Shown in pieces: positions 47,109 through 58,796 of a DNA stretch of 64,000 nt. The DNA is from Mayamaea pseudoterrestris (taxonomy: Eukaryota). How positions within the stretch are numbered: position 1 is the first letter of the stretch; each line of letters opens with the position of its first letter. The DNA lies in the NCBI GenBank assembly GCA_027923505.1, contig BROI01000001.1, forward strand, positions 2,046,001 through 2,110,000, given 5' to 3'. The notes under the pieces are model-generated. The model was given only the letters and a program-made list of their open reading frames with translations, did not search any database and was not told the origin of the DNA. The position numbers and the translations under genes were made by a program.

Positions 47109-49439
47109 TTAGCAAGCGTCTCGGACGACGGTCGTGCGCATCAACTCTCTCAAAAACATGGTAGCATAGGACCCAGCAGGAAGGTCAAAGCAAACTCTCA
47201 CGTGCAACTCGTCATCAGTGGCGAGTCGACTGCAAGATAAATTGGTTGCGCGCCGAATTAAATGCCGGTAACTGCCCTTCGCTGTCGATTCCGGAGGTAC
47301 ATCTTCTTTAGTAAAATTAACTCCATCCTGGGCAAGAAATTGTTCATACAACTTTCCAACGTCATTTTTTGGGAGCTCAACTCCGTGACCAGGAAGTGGA
47401 AGAACAACATCAAATATGGAGTGGCACCCCAAGTCTTTGTTGGTGACAAGGTGTATTGAGCCGCTGGATGCTTCTATTACCAGGTCACCAGACACAACGT
47501 TATAGCCATGCAGTTGCAGTCGCTTCGTCGCCATGATATTAAACACATATGACTGATACGCTCCGACCCAGAATGTTCGTTCATTGTAACCCAGGCATCT
47601 AATCGCCGCAAGTGGATTGTCGTTGCCGTGTCGCTTCAACCCCTGCAGAATGATTCGTTCGCGTGCCATTTTACTATTGCGCGGCAGTTTCTTATACGTA
47701 AGATTAACATCACCGTTAGAATTACTCCAGACTTCTCGCACTGCGCGGATATCTTCCGCCTCGGCAACCAATCCGCCACAAAGTATGCGTCCGGTCATCA
47801 GCAAGTCAATTGCTTTTGTGTAATTCTGCTGCAGCATTGCACGGCCTATATCAAACGCTCGTACACCAACGGCAGATGTGAGACCTGGTTCGCCCACGCG
47901 TTGTGTTCCATAAAAGTTTACAAAACCAAACGTTCGGACTCGGTCTACCATGGCTTCTACATGTGCCATGTCAGCAGATACAAACGACTCCTTCACAAAG
48001 CCACTATCGAAATCGACTTGCACCCTTTGAACATTACGCACGACAAGCTCGAAGCGATTCCCTTCAAGCATCCCCTTGCTTAGTTTCCAGTCAACCTTGT
48101 AGATTGTTCCTATTTCAATGCCCTGCCTTTTGAGAGCATCTGCTTGCTTCACAAGTCGCTGCGGCGAAACATTGGCCAACGTTGCAAACTGATACGTGAC
48201 CGCCCGCATATCTTTGATACCAGCAAGGCCAATGTCGGGCTGCCGTATTTTGACGACGCGTTGCAAGGTTTGCTGGAGGGTGAGATGCTCCATATGCGTC
48301 TTTTTGATGACGCATAATGTGTTTGGATAAGGATCGGCAGTGCCCTGGTTGCGCTCATTTTTGCTGACGGCACGTCGACAAGAGTTCTTGCTCCATTGTA
48401 CTGCAATAGCGACACCAATTGAGCCATCCGAATGCCGATAATCAGTGATTGTATTTGTACAAAGCGATTTACTCGATTGATTGCTGATTGTCTGGTGAAT
48501 GACTCGTCTCGACTCTCGCGGCAATTTGCGCTTCAGCACTAGATTCACGGCCGCTAGTATGTTTTCCCTATCAACTTTACGCTTGAAGAATGCGTATAGC
48601 GCCTTGAGATCAGTGGATGGATCATCCAAGCACGGAACGAGATCATGAAAGCGGTTATCGATTGCGATGCGAATATTGTATTCCTTCTCCGAGCCGCTAC
48701 CAATCGACTCTCGCAGGATGGACTCGGCGACAAGTAGCGGAAATAGCCGACGAAAGACATTATGGAATTGGGTCCTGTCAAGCGTCTTGTTGTTGATAGT
48801 TATGGGCGTGATCCAAATCTCACCAACCTTGTTGCTCGTCATGTCCTTTACGGTCAAAGCTGCTTCTGCTACTTCGTCAAGCTTGCGAATGGCTTCCAGG
48901 CTCGCTTCGGTACCTTCTTCAGTCATTTGTAGCTCCATTTCGAGAATCTTATTCATAGACAGCGCTGGTTTCTCATCGGTCAGAGCGAGCAATGTCGATG
49001 CGAATGTTTCAGTGTTGCTTCCATTGGCAGCTTTGAATGCAGGTGGCACTGAAGCTCCCTGCTGCCATTGACTGGCATCAATCGGACGAGTATCAGCAAT
49101 TCTTATGAAATTCATCTGCTCTTCCGATAGTCCGGGAATAATTCGTCCCTCTGCCGCTATTTCGCGAACAATGAAATCCTGTGGAATAGACTTGATGGCA
49201 CCAACCAATTCGGTCGAGAGAAACGACTGACAACCCTCAAGAGCTGCTGATTGTTTGAAATATTCATGAGGCAAGGGATGATTTAATGGTAACGGCGAAG
49301 CAAAGACGGGTCCTATTCCAATCGTCGAGTAGCTTCGTTGCAGCGTCGAGTGGCTTGAAATGTCAATGTCGTCCATGGCAAAGCTGGCAAAGGTTTCGTC
49401 TTCGGCTGCTGCTAGCGAAGATGGATCCTGTTCGTTCAT
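47109..49439 (-). CDS. PUS7: TruD-family pseudouridine synthase
   Basis: IKSIPQDFIVREI, AGIKDMRAVTYQ (catalytic Asp), GNRFELVVR, GFVNFYGTQRVG, AYQSYVFN, FDLPAGSYATMFLRE. Confidence 0.92.
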   Translation of the reverse strand: MNEQDPSSLAAAEDETFASFAMDDIDISSHSTLQRSYSTIGIGPVFASPLPLNHPLPHEYFKQSAALEGCQSFLSTELVGAIKSIPQDFIVREIAAEGRIIPGLSEEQMNFIRIADTRPIDASQWQQGASVPPAFKAANGSNTETFASTLLALTDEKPALSMNKILEMELQMTEEGTEASLEAIRKLDEVAEAALTVKDMTSNKVGEIWITPITINNKTLDRTQFHNVFRRLFPLLVAESILRESIGSGSEKEYNIRIAIDNRFHDLVPCLDDPSTDLKALYAFFKRKVDRENILAAVNLVLKRKLPRESRRVIHQTISNQSSKSLCTNTITDYRHSDGSIGVAIAVQWSKNSCRRAVSKNERNQGTADPYPNTLCVIKKTHMEHLTLQQTLQRVVKIRQPDIGLAGIKDMRAVTYQFATLANVSPQRLVKQADALKRQGIEIGTIYKVDWKLSKGMLEGNRFELVVRNVQRVQVDFDSGFVKESFVSADMAHVEAMVDRVRTFGFVNFYGTQRVGEPGLTSAVGVRAFDIGRAMLQQNYTKAIDLLMTGRILCGGLVAEAEDIRAVREVWSNSNGDVNLTYKKLPRNSKMARERIILQGLKRHGNDNPLAAIRCLGYNERTFWVGAYQSYVFNIMATKRLQLHGYNVVSGDLVIEASSGSIHLVTNKDLGCHSIFDVVLPLPGHGVELPKNDVGKLYEQFLAQDGVNFTKEDVPPESTAKGSYRHLIRRATNLSCSRLATDDELHVRVCFDLPAGSYATMFLRELMRTTVVRDAC

Positions 49440-50955
49440 TTTCAATTGCTAATCAGGAGTCTAAGTCATAGCAGTTCATTGTACACGCACATTGGTTAAC
49501 AGGACGAATATTATGACGACGGTGCGGGTCGGAGGATGAATGCCATGGTGAAAGGCGATTGTCATTCTTCTGTCGAGCCATCACCACTGCGACAAAAACT
49601 ATGCACGGCACATTTTTTGCCTCCTCAACGCGATGCCATACCCGTAGCACGATAGCGAGACCAAGTCCCATTACACGAGAGCATAAGCAATACACAATGT
49701 AAGTCTAAGAAATAGCAAATACACAAGAGGTGACTTGGAACTGTGCAGCGAGGCTTTAACCTACTGGATGATTTTGCCCCCTTTCTCATCTGCAGCATCG
49801 TAAGCGGCTTTAATCTCAAGCATCACAATTCGCCTAGATGTCGATCAAACACAAGATTTGATGCTGCGAAAGACCATCACGGGTGAAAATCTACATGTTG
49901 TGCTCCATACCAAAAGCTTGACGTCATTGCAATCTTGACACTACCGTACGGTGGATCACAACCACACTACTGGAAGTATCCTATATCATGTCGGTTACCA
50001 GTACGAGCAACGAGGACGACTACTTCATTCGAAAGGGGATTCACATACCTTCGCACCAAATCACTTCATCGTGGTCGGCAATGCAGTGTAGCCGACGTGT
50101 CTCGCCGACGTCTCTCGCCGACCTCTCTTGCTTGTGTCACTATAGGCTATTACGGTCGCCTAAACTAGCTCACCCTTGGGCCCAGCTGCTTCTTCGGTTC
50201 ACAAGGGCAGACTGCTGTCGACCATTTTTCTTCGGCATGGCTCCAAGATACTGCTTCAATAAAAGGTTGACTTCTCAAACAACCTCGCAAGTCGTGGCCC
50301 TCGCGTGTCACTGCAAGTAAACGCGAGCTCTCGGCAGCTCTGGAAGATCGAAAGTGATGATGTGGCTGTTCATGGAGACTTGACGAAAAGTTTGCGTTAA
50401 CCGCCGTCCAAGAGGTTTTCATTGTTTCGGCGACGTTAGCTCGATCAACCTCGTTGACTCGTGGATGAGCGACGGACAGGCGAGTCATTGCCGCTTGAAC
50501 CGTGTTCGGCTAGTCGTAAATAGTGCTCTCCTATTGGCGCAAGAAGTCATTTTCGCCTTCTCCGTGACATCAGAATTTGGTTTGTCCGCTTCCATCAAGT
50601 TCCGTTGGTCAGGGATCTGTGAGCGAGCCGAGCCTCCAGAGTTCGTATGCATCATTCTCCGGGTCCGTGAGCGTTGGAAGAACGCGATGTCGCTAGTAAA
50701 AGCTGCTGACGTGTCAGAAGAGGTCCTAATTCGCACGCACGTCGACCTCGGCGTTGGGATTTTAAGTCGTGGTCACATAATCGAAGCGACCAACTCCGCG
50801 TGAATGAAGCCGCGCGAAGGCTTTCGCTCCTTGCTTCTCTCATAAAACTTTTGCCCGTCGCCTCTTGTCGACTTGTCTTGCACAAACTCCCTTTAGCATT
50901 CGCAATCATCTTCGCAAACCTTTCATCCTCGTAGTCATCTCAAAGCGTATTGAAT

Positions 50956-52416
50956 ATGACGACATCGAATTTCGGTCTCGACACGGTGAACATTTCGTTC
51001 CTCACCAACCCTGGCGACAAGAAAACCTTGCCGCTCGTCATTACGCCTCGTTGGAACGATAGTCTGCAATTTTGGATTGACTGGGCCACAAATAATCGTC
51101 CTTGGTTGAACGAGAAGCTCCTCCAATACGGTGCCATTCTGGTCCGAGGTTTTCAAGTCAACAGTGCCGAGGACATGGAAGCGGCCATTCAAGCCTACCA
51201 ACCACGACTTAACAATACTTACCGAGGAACATCACCGCGCAACCTTCTTGGAAGCACCGAGTACATTTTCTCAGCAGCAGAAGTTCCAGCGAACTACCCC
51301 ATTGCGCAGCACATTGAAATGTCCTTTTTACCGGCGCCACCAAAGGTAAGAAGAATGCAAGCAATTCGAATGTCAACGCCTTGACGCCCATGCACGTCTC
51401 TCACCATTCCTCTTTCTTCATTATAGCAATTATATTTCGGCTGCCTGAAACCAAGCAAATCATCGGGCGGCGAGACGGCGCTCGCTGACTTTCGCAAGGT
51501 CTACGAAGATGTTCCGCTAGAATTGAAGCAAAAGCTGCTCACCAAGGGGCTACAGTACACGCGCACTCACAAGAAGCAAGGCGCCTACTTGACCTATGAC
51601 GTGAGTGACATGCTTGGCTGGCCTAGTCTCTTTGGAACGGACGACAAGCTTGAAGTGGAGAAAATGTGCAAGGCGGAAAACATTCCATTTTACTGGCAAG
51701 GCGATACCTTTGTCAGCGTTACCCACTCGCAAGCCTTTCAGCTACATCCCATTACACGCGAGCATGTTTGGTTCAATCACACTCAAGTCTTTCACTGGAC
51801 CACGTTTCCGTGCGAGCTTTGGTTTGCTTTCAAGCGCACATGGGAGTTTCGCCTCTTGCTGCAGTGCCTCTTGGTCGGCTTCTTTTCAGTCATCAAGTAT
51901 GGTTTGCTTCGACACAAGATGAGCCTGGACGTTTCCTTTGGCGACGGCGAAGCAATTAGCGCCTGGGAAATGTCGCAGATTCGTCGCGCCATTCACAAGA
52001 ATATGGTTTTCAACCGGTGGCAAAAGGGCGACATTTGCATGATTGACAACTTTGCCGTGAGTCATGGCCGTCAACCGACGTACGACAAGGGTCGCAAGAT
52101 TGCCGTTGCATGGTCGGAGCCACTGCAAAAGGCCAATGCCGTCAAGACGTTGGAACCGCTTGTCGAGTACGAGAACCCTCAGGAGCGAACGCCGACTGAG
52201 ACACCCATGCCAACGCTTACCGCGGAAACGAGCAAGGCGTTGCTCGCCGAGTTGCATCCTCACAAGAAGCTCGAGGATCATGTTCAGCGCGCATTTGCCA
52301 AGGATGACTTTCCCGATGCTGCCTTTCACAATCTCAAGTCGCTCTTTCACGAGGTCAAGCAGAAGAAGATGCATCACCGGAGCTTTAGTCAGCCTCCAGT
52401 CTTTGAATACAAATGA
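50956..52416 (+). CDS. TauD/TfdA (clavaminate synthase-like) Fe(II)/2OG dioxygenase (intron 51346-51426)
   Basis: YGAILVRGF, HIEMSF (HxE), GGETALAD, HPITREHVWFNH, WQKGDICMIDNFAVSHGRQP. Confidence 0.9.
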
Positions 52417-52518
52417 GCGGCAAGGCGGAAGGCGTGTACAAGACTTTACATAAAATCAGACTGGCAGGATCCATGCTGAATCACTATACGTTTACATAAT
52501 AACACTATGCAGTTTTAG

Positions 52519-52566
52519 CCATTTACGTCTTGGTATTGTATTCCATTTACGTCTTGGTATTGTATT
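52519..52566. repeat. Perfect 24-bp tandem duplication in the 3' flank of the TauD gene
   Basis: CCATTTACGTCTTGGTATTGTATT x2. Confidence 0.95.
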
Positions 52567-52939
52567 TTGAAGGAAAGAATTTGTAATCGTCCAAGCAGCT
52601 CTCGCCTGTCACGCGTCATGCATAGAACAAGTGAACGTATCTGTTATACCGAAGGATCACTTTAGCTTCAAGCCTAACGCAGATAGAGATCATCCTCTCA
52701 CCCAATACTACATTTGCTGTGTAGTAACGGCATGTAGTCGCATAGCTAACGAATGGAATCGCCAGCGGCGCGGCAAATTCACTTCCAGTAACGCTCCGAC
52801 AAAGCGTGACTCTGCGAAAGATCCGTCACCTCCATCGCCACGATCACACACCAAGTCAATCAACCGAGTCATCCTTACACATTTGAAGTCCAATTGCTAT
52901 CAGATCACAATATTCAAACCACCTGCCAACTATAGCATC

Positions 52940-54481
52940 ATGGGAAACATTCCTCCACACATGCTGGATCAGATTCGGCAGGCACAGGAGCGCGCCCAAG
53001 TCACTGACAATGAGGTGCAAGCCGGTCCAAGCAAAAAGGCTCGCCTTGCCTTTCTGCAAGCCTCCAAAGCATCCGACGATATGAGAAAACCTGCCGAAAT
53101 TATAAATGCGGAGTTAGCAGGCCTTGTTTGCTGCTTTTGCGAAAAGTCTTTGGCGCCAATGAGCAAGACGGATGCTCGAGCCGCGAAACTGAATCTTCCA
53201 TGTCGTCACGCCTATCACTTGGATTGTCAGTGCGCACACTGGTATCAGACCATGCTAAATCAGCAAGATGAGAGTGACAATGGCGAGTCAAAGGTGCCTG
53301 CTATTCCAGTTGAAAGGGATGAGAGCGACTGCAAGTGCATCGCATGCCACCAAGCAGTGGAACAAACGCAGGAATTTGCAGCCGTCAATGTTCCAGCCAA
53401 CACTGCCGACGCAGAATCCAAACCATCTGCGTCAAACGACCCATCAGCCGACGCACCACCAGCTATTTCCAACATTCTAGAGTCGGAAGATCCAAGCATG
53501 CACGACATTCTTATGGACATTCGAAGCAAATTATGGGATTCCAACCACAAGGTTGTCAGCGCCGCCCTGCGAATGCTCGTGCAAATCATTCATTCGGACA
53601 TTGAGAGTGACGCAGGTTCCGAAAACGACGAAGACAGCGATGATGACGAAGAAGACAAGGATGACTACAGTGACTTGGGATTAGCCATTGGTTTGCCAGT
53701 GGTTCTTGTCCACTGCTTGTCACGACACGGAGCGGAACATGCCGACGTTCCAAAAATGGTTCTTGGCGTCTTGGAGTGGCTTGTGAGTCGGGAGGAACCA
53801 GCCTGTCGCATCATACCGCGGATTGACAATGCCCTCCTTAGCATTGTCGAGTCCATGCAGCGAAACGCTAGTGACGGATCTCTGCAGTACTTGGGACTGC
53901 AGGTGCTCAACAAACTCTTGACCAGCGAGACAAAACTTGCACTCAACAGCGCCGGAATTGTCGGAGCAACCTTTCAAGCCATGCAAAACAACAAGGAAAA
54001 CACTCTTGTACAGGAGTCGGCCTTGCACTTTCTCAACAACTTTACCACCAACTCTGACTTTGCCACGCAAGCCGTGGCTGGTCATGATCAAACGCTCCGT
54101 GAGCGACACGCCCAATGCTTGGCAGGATCCCTATTTTGTGTCAGCAAGGACGCTACCAACGACCCTGATTCTATACTCGCTTGCGCACAATTGATTCTTA
54201 CAGTGGCAAGCCTCGACCACGACTTCCGCGCAGCCATGCATAAGGTGGCGGGTGCGCCTATCAAGCAAGTGTTTGTCAACTTTGGAACAAATGCTCAAGT
54301 CAAGGCGGCATACCGCGATGTTCTAAAATGCCTTATATCGAAACCAGCCGTAGCAGGTCCTGGGCCCGAGAAGGACGCTGATGCGCAAAAGGTGCTGGCT
54401 CAACCAAGCGAGCCGGCGGCTGCTCCACCTGAATGTGACTCTAAATTACCCGCGGCCACTACTTTAAAACCAGAAGCATAA
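52940..54481 (+). CDS. RING-H2-like plus armadillo-repeat protein (putative E3 ligase)
   Basis: CCFC…LPCRHAYHLDC…(insert)…CIAC, followed by ARM-like helical repeats (SIVESMQRN…LQYLGLQVLNKL). Confidence 0.65.
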   Translation: MGNIPPHMLDQIRQAQERAQVTDNEVQAGPSKKARLAFLQASKASDDMRKPAEIINAELAGLVCCFCEKSLAPMSKTDARAAKLNLPCRHAYHLDCQCAHWYQTMLNQQDESDNGESKVPAIPVERDESDCKCIACHQAVEQTQEFAAVNVPANTADAESKPSASNDPSADAPPAISNILESEDPSMHDILMDIRSKLWDSNHKVVSAALRMLVQIIHSDIESDAGSENDEDSDDDEEDKDDYSDLGLAIGLPVVLVHCLSRHGAEHADVPKMVLGVLEWLVSREEPACRIIPRIDNALLSIVESMQRNASDGSLQYLGLQVLNKLLTSETKLALNSAGIVGATFQAMQNNKENTLVQESALHFLNNFTTNSDFATQAVAGHDQTLRERHAQCLAGSLFCVSKDATNDPDSILACAQLILTVASLDHDFRAAMHKVAGAPIKQVFVNFGTNAQVKAAYRDVLKCLISKPAVAGPGPEKDADAQKVLAQPSEPAAAPPECDSKLPAATTLKPEA

Positions 54482-55009
54482 AGTAAATTCGGTAGAAGAG
54501 ATTATTGTGGCAGGATCTGTCCGGGCATGGTCCACGACAATAATGGAGGCGCTTCCAAGGCGCCCGTTGGCAAACATTAGAGTGCCACTTCCTTAACGGA
54601 TGAAATATCCGCGGGTCTTTACGGCGCGAATAACAAACGCCCTAGTGAAATTAGCATGTGCGTGCAAACATCACCGATTAACCACCAAAAAGCAAACATT
54701 AGGGTGCTTTTCCCATCGAGCATAGCGAAGCCGATCCAATGGACCTGCCAGTTTAGCTATGGTACCGGATCCGCCAGAAGCGACAATCATTGGAGCACCA
54801 ATGGCAGGGCCTACTTGGTGAACCCAACTGTAAATTCAGGTCACCAATCGTTTTCTTTTGTTGGCGTCGTCATTTGACATTTACTTAACCCTGACAGATG
54901 ACATTGGCGACTGTGGCGTCAGCTCAACTGACCAATTATATGTCAGACGAACGCCGGAAAATGTCATTGTTCGCTTTCACTGGACGCAGAGCATTTTTGG
55001 CTCGCACGA

Positions 55010-56323
55010 ATGCGACTTGCGACCAACATTGACATTTTCGAAAGCCTCAAAGGCTTGCCAAAGGTCACCAAGTTTGCTTCACAACAAACGATCAATCAAG
55101 TCACCATGGAACGAAGTAATTTTGGCTTTCCTACTGCCAATGCAATGGCAAGCGAGTCTCAACTTCGACGTTTTAGAAGCTTCTATCAATCGTCATTGCC
55201 GCCGCCGACGCAGCCGCATCTTACAGCCCAAGCATTCCGATCGACTCAACAATGGACGGGTTCACCTGCACAGCAGTCCCCCATGTCCCCTGCCGATCCC
55301 TTTGCAGCTCAAATGTTAGCGAGATCACAAAGGATGCAAATGTTAAGAGAAGGTTTCTTTGCGCCATCGCAAAGCTTTGCAAGTGATCTTCCACCACCTC
55401 TTCGACAGCAACATCGGCAGCGACAGCACTTCATTCAAAGCATTCCCCCTCCACCTTTATTCACGGAGCCATCAAGACGGGTGTCAGTGAGCTCTATTCC
55501 TTCTTCTGATGCTGCATACATGCAAAGCTACCTGCGAAATGACCCTCGCTCGACATTTGCAGTCCAGCCGCAGGCACAAGCAGTGCCTAACATGAACAAC
55601 TACTCGCTGATGCGGCGAGATTCGACATCCATGATATCACCAAATTTGTCTGTAGCGGGAACAAACTATCCTGTGCAAATACCTTGCTCGTATATCCCAT
55701 CTCCTTCTCACATCCCGACGAAATTGCATAACTTGCAGTTTGGAGGCGAGCCAAAGCCTGCCGTAGTGACACCTCAGATCAACCCGAAGCACTACTTCCC
55801 AGCAGCATTCTATCCCTCTTCAAGCGATGTTGTCATTGAGTGGTCCTTCGACAAAGAGGGAGAGACTCGCTTTCCGGGTAAGAATAGGCTGTTTGGAGAG
55901 TTACTATTGGCTAATCACGGAGCGTATCTCGCCTGCAGATCCAAAGCCCAAGTTTCATCTCTCGTTGACGCAATAATAGACGCGCTGCTTCAAAGTCACG
56001 GACACTTTGTAGTTCCGCAGCGTGTCAACGACAAAGTCCTCTGGAAACGAGCCGACTTTGACATGGCGCGGGCCTTTTGCGTCCATCGCTTGCAGTTTCT
56101 GGCCATGAGCCAGGAGATTGAACATCTATCCCAGCCTACCGATAATCCCGCCACCCGTCAGCACATTGAAACGTCGACGGCAAGGAGGATGCATCGATCG
56201 AACGCCAAGCAGCCGCGGCGGCAATCGATAGCGGCCGATATGCTCGACGACCAACACACCGAGGATGATTTGATTCAAGTGAAATTCAAACGTCCGCGGA
56301 ACGATAGGCCAAGTAGTAAGTGA
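55010..56323 (+). CDS. Pro/Gln/Ser-rich protein with a C-terminal DUF6824-like domain
   Basis: PSSSDVVI…FPGKNRLFGELL…Y…K…VDAIID…GHFV…W…D…AR…HRLQ follows the diatom DUF6824 pattern as recalled. Confidence 0.65.
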   Translation: MRLATNIDIFESLKGLPKVTKFASQQTINQVTMERSNFGFPTANAMASESQLRRFRSFYQSSLPPPTQPHLTAQAFRSTQQWTGSPAQQSPMSPADPFAAQMLARSQRMQMLREGFFAPSQSFASDLPPPLRQQHRQRQHFIQSIPPPPLFTEPSRRVSVSSIPSSDAAYMQSYLRNDPRSTFAVQPQAQAVPNMNNYSLMRRDSTSMISPNLSVAGTNYPVQIPCSYIPSPSHIPTKLHNLQFGGEPKPAVVTPQINPKHYFPAAFYPSSSDVVIEWSFDKEGETRFPGKNRLFGELLLANHGAYLACRSKAQVSSLVDAIIDALLQSHGHFVVPQRVNDKVLWKRADFDMARAFCVHRLQFLAMSQEIEHLSQPTDNPATRQHIETSTARRMHRSNAKQPRRQSIAADMLDDQHTEDDLIQVKFKRPRNDRPSSK

Positions 56324-57673
56324 TACGATAGTAAGAAGTTCAATTATTATGTGCGCTACTACGCTGGACTCTCTACCGGTAACCAGCAACCTGCGTGTTG
56401 ATTTCACTTCGACACCTTGTGCCCGGCTGTCTTCGGTACTGGTAATAGTATCCCATGGTTCAACTTGTAGTTGATAGATGCGAGATGCTCATGAATCAGT
56501 GGACATGGCAAAGAATGCTTACAGGCATAGGATGGGATTATGTTGGATCCGACGTTAAGGTTGAAAGTGGAACATGTAGGTGGCAGGTGCTTGCTAAGAG
56601 TGGCCGCAGAAGTGCAATTGCTGAACTATATCTCGCGCTAGGTTTTAGGCATGTTCATACTTAAATATAAATGGTATTTTATGCGGGACGCGAGCAACTG
56701 CACCGTCGATAAGTGTACCGGTACGGTTATTGGCGCGGATAGCGACACCATATGCACCCACCGGAACGTAACAAGACATTCCGCTCCGAAGGCGCTCTCT
56801 CTAGTTTTGCCATCACATGTAAGTGGCAACGGACGAGTCTAATGGATAAAAGCGACAAAGTTGTGCCAATGTGCCGTCCGCCGCATTGTAGCTAGTGGCA
56901 TGGAACAGAATGGCGCAGCCCATTCTTTTGGTCGACACGTACCAATGATTGCCACATGCAAGGCGCTCCAAATAGTTTACATGCACCCACACTCCTCAAG
57001 CATCAAGCACAGGCCAGGTCATTGCTATCCCGGATGTCATGTGTTTAGTTGTTGCGAGCTTCAGAGGAAGGGCCTGGGCCTGAGCCTGGCGGGAGTCTCA
57101 TAAAGGTCACAATGGAACGATTTTAGATCCTGGGATCTTCCCGTGAACCTACCGCTCGGTAATTTCGTCGAGCCACAGCTGCTGGTCACATGAAAGACGG
57201 TCGTTTGAAGCCTTTTCAGCCTTGAGCCTCCAACCGACCAATGACCGCAACCTTTTTCTTCATCGCTCTCCGAGCCGAAAACGGCTCCACGATTACGTCG
57301 ACGTCGCTCTTCCTCCGAGCCTTGCCGCAGCAAGACTCATTCTGACGAAAAAGCCGCATGGCCTATTGGGTGACCAGCTGTTGATATTTTTCTGTCGCAG
57401 ATGGTCAATATCTGTTTGACTATTGCCCTTAGAAACCAAGCGAGGATGAAAAGTCCCGCTTGTTTATCGAATTTCAGTACCGATACGATGACGGACAATC
57501 TCCGAATGGCCCTAACCCGGAATCCGTCGTCAGTCCATGACCGAGGCCTTTCTTTTCGAGCGCGTTGTTCTTGTGGATTTTGGACCACAACCTCCGAAAC
57601 CGAAGAGGCTCTCGGCCTTCACCATTAATCTGCAAAAGACTGCATTAACCGCTCATTGCATCGTTAAATAACA

Positions 57674-58423
57674 ATGTGCAATCCTCATCTTACTAAAACA
57701 GTTGACATGAGAGCTTACTGCCATGCTATTAACTCTGGTATCGTGCCAACGGTGACCAGTATGCCTCTGAAACCTTCTGCTGCTGCTTCACCCAAGGCCT
57801 CATTGTGCTTTGCCACGTCCCCAACGTCGCAAGCGTCCCCATCTCCTACAACTTCATCAAACAAGCGATCACTATCTCAAGTCAGTGGCACTGGCGAGTG
57901 CAGCATTGAAGCTCGATCCGCCGCAGATATTCCAGCCGTCCCACGTCAACCATCGGATGCGCCATGCACGAAACTATTCAACGCGTTCATACAGCGAGCG
58001 GTTCCTCGATTCATCACGGCCAATCCTCGAACTCGCGGCATGCTTGTCGAACTGATTATTCGCAAAGTGGAAGAAGTGTATCCAGATGCGTTTGTGGAAT
58101 ATTGCTCATCCTGCAACTGCGGACGAAGTCGCGTGGTTCCTCGAGATCGCATCCGCGCATTTGCGGCGAGCAAACTCATTGAAGCTTCCAAGAGTCAATT
58201 GGTGCAAAAACAAATAAAGGCGGAGAAACGTAAGCTCATTGCGCAAAAGGTTCAGGAAGCGAATGCGGCCTTGCGCAAGCAAGATAGTGAGGCTGCTGTT
58301 GCACTCAAGCAGCGTGTTTCGCAGGTTCAGTTCAAGCTGCCTCATGAGGAATTTGGACACGAAGATACGCATTGTAATGATGCAGGCAGCACTCAAAGAA
58401 TGCAGACGGAACTTAAAACATAG
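57674..58423 (+). CDS. Hypothetical protein, possibly a divergent DUF6824-like domain
   Basis: 249-aa ATG ORF. LFNAFIQRAVPRF…RGMLVELIIRKV…FV…RDRIRAFAASKL parallels the helical core of the upstream gene. Confidence 0.55.
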   Translation: MCNPHLTKTVDMRAYCHAINSGIVPTVTSMPLKPSAAASPKASLCFATSPTSQASPSPTTSSNKRSLSQVSGTGECSIEARSAADIPAVPRQPSDAPCTKLFNAFIQRAVPRFITANPRTRGMLVELIIRKVEEVYPDAFVEYCSSCNCGRSRVVPRDRIRAFAASKLIEASKSQLVQKQIKAEKRKLIAQKVQEANAALRKQDSEAAVALKQRVSQVQFKLPHEEFGHEDTHCNDAGSTQRMQTELKT

Positions 58424-58796
58424 ACTTGGCCAACCATACACTTTATAATTAATGGGATTTTTTAGCAAAGAGAAATGAACGTAGCCTGCGATCGCCGAGC
58501 GTCTCATTCTCACTTCAGTGACCAATAATGATGGCGACGTAGTTGGCTGCACGAGCCTATCATGAAGCTTTAAACACAATGAGAGACAATCGTAGTCGAT
58601 CCAAACTTTGCAACCATAAAAGGATTAGCTACCCTTTCTCTGTCCCTGTCTTACCGGTACTCTTGCTCCGGCAGACGGCGACGAAAGATCTCGTCCATGC
58701 GATGCGAGCAAAGCAGATGCGCAGCGCATTTGAAAGGAAGGAAACAAACATTAGAGAGACTTGTGAGCACCAAGTATACTTGTATTGATTTTCATC

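Noticed and set aside
50165..50909. Overlapping short ORFs, and GTGATGA flanked by GATCGA/TCGATC, upstream of TauD
   Set aside because: No recognisable protein motif and no D box adjoining the stem.
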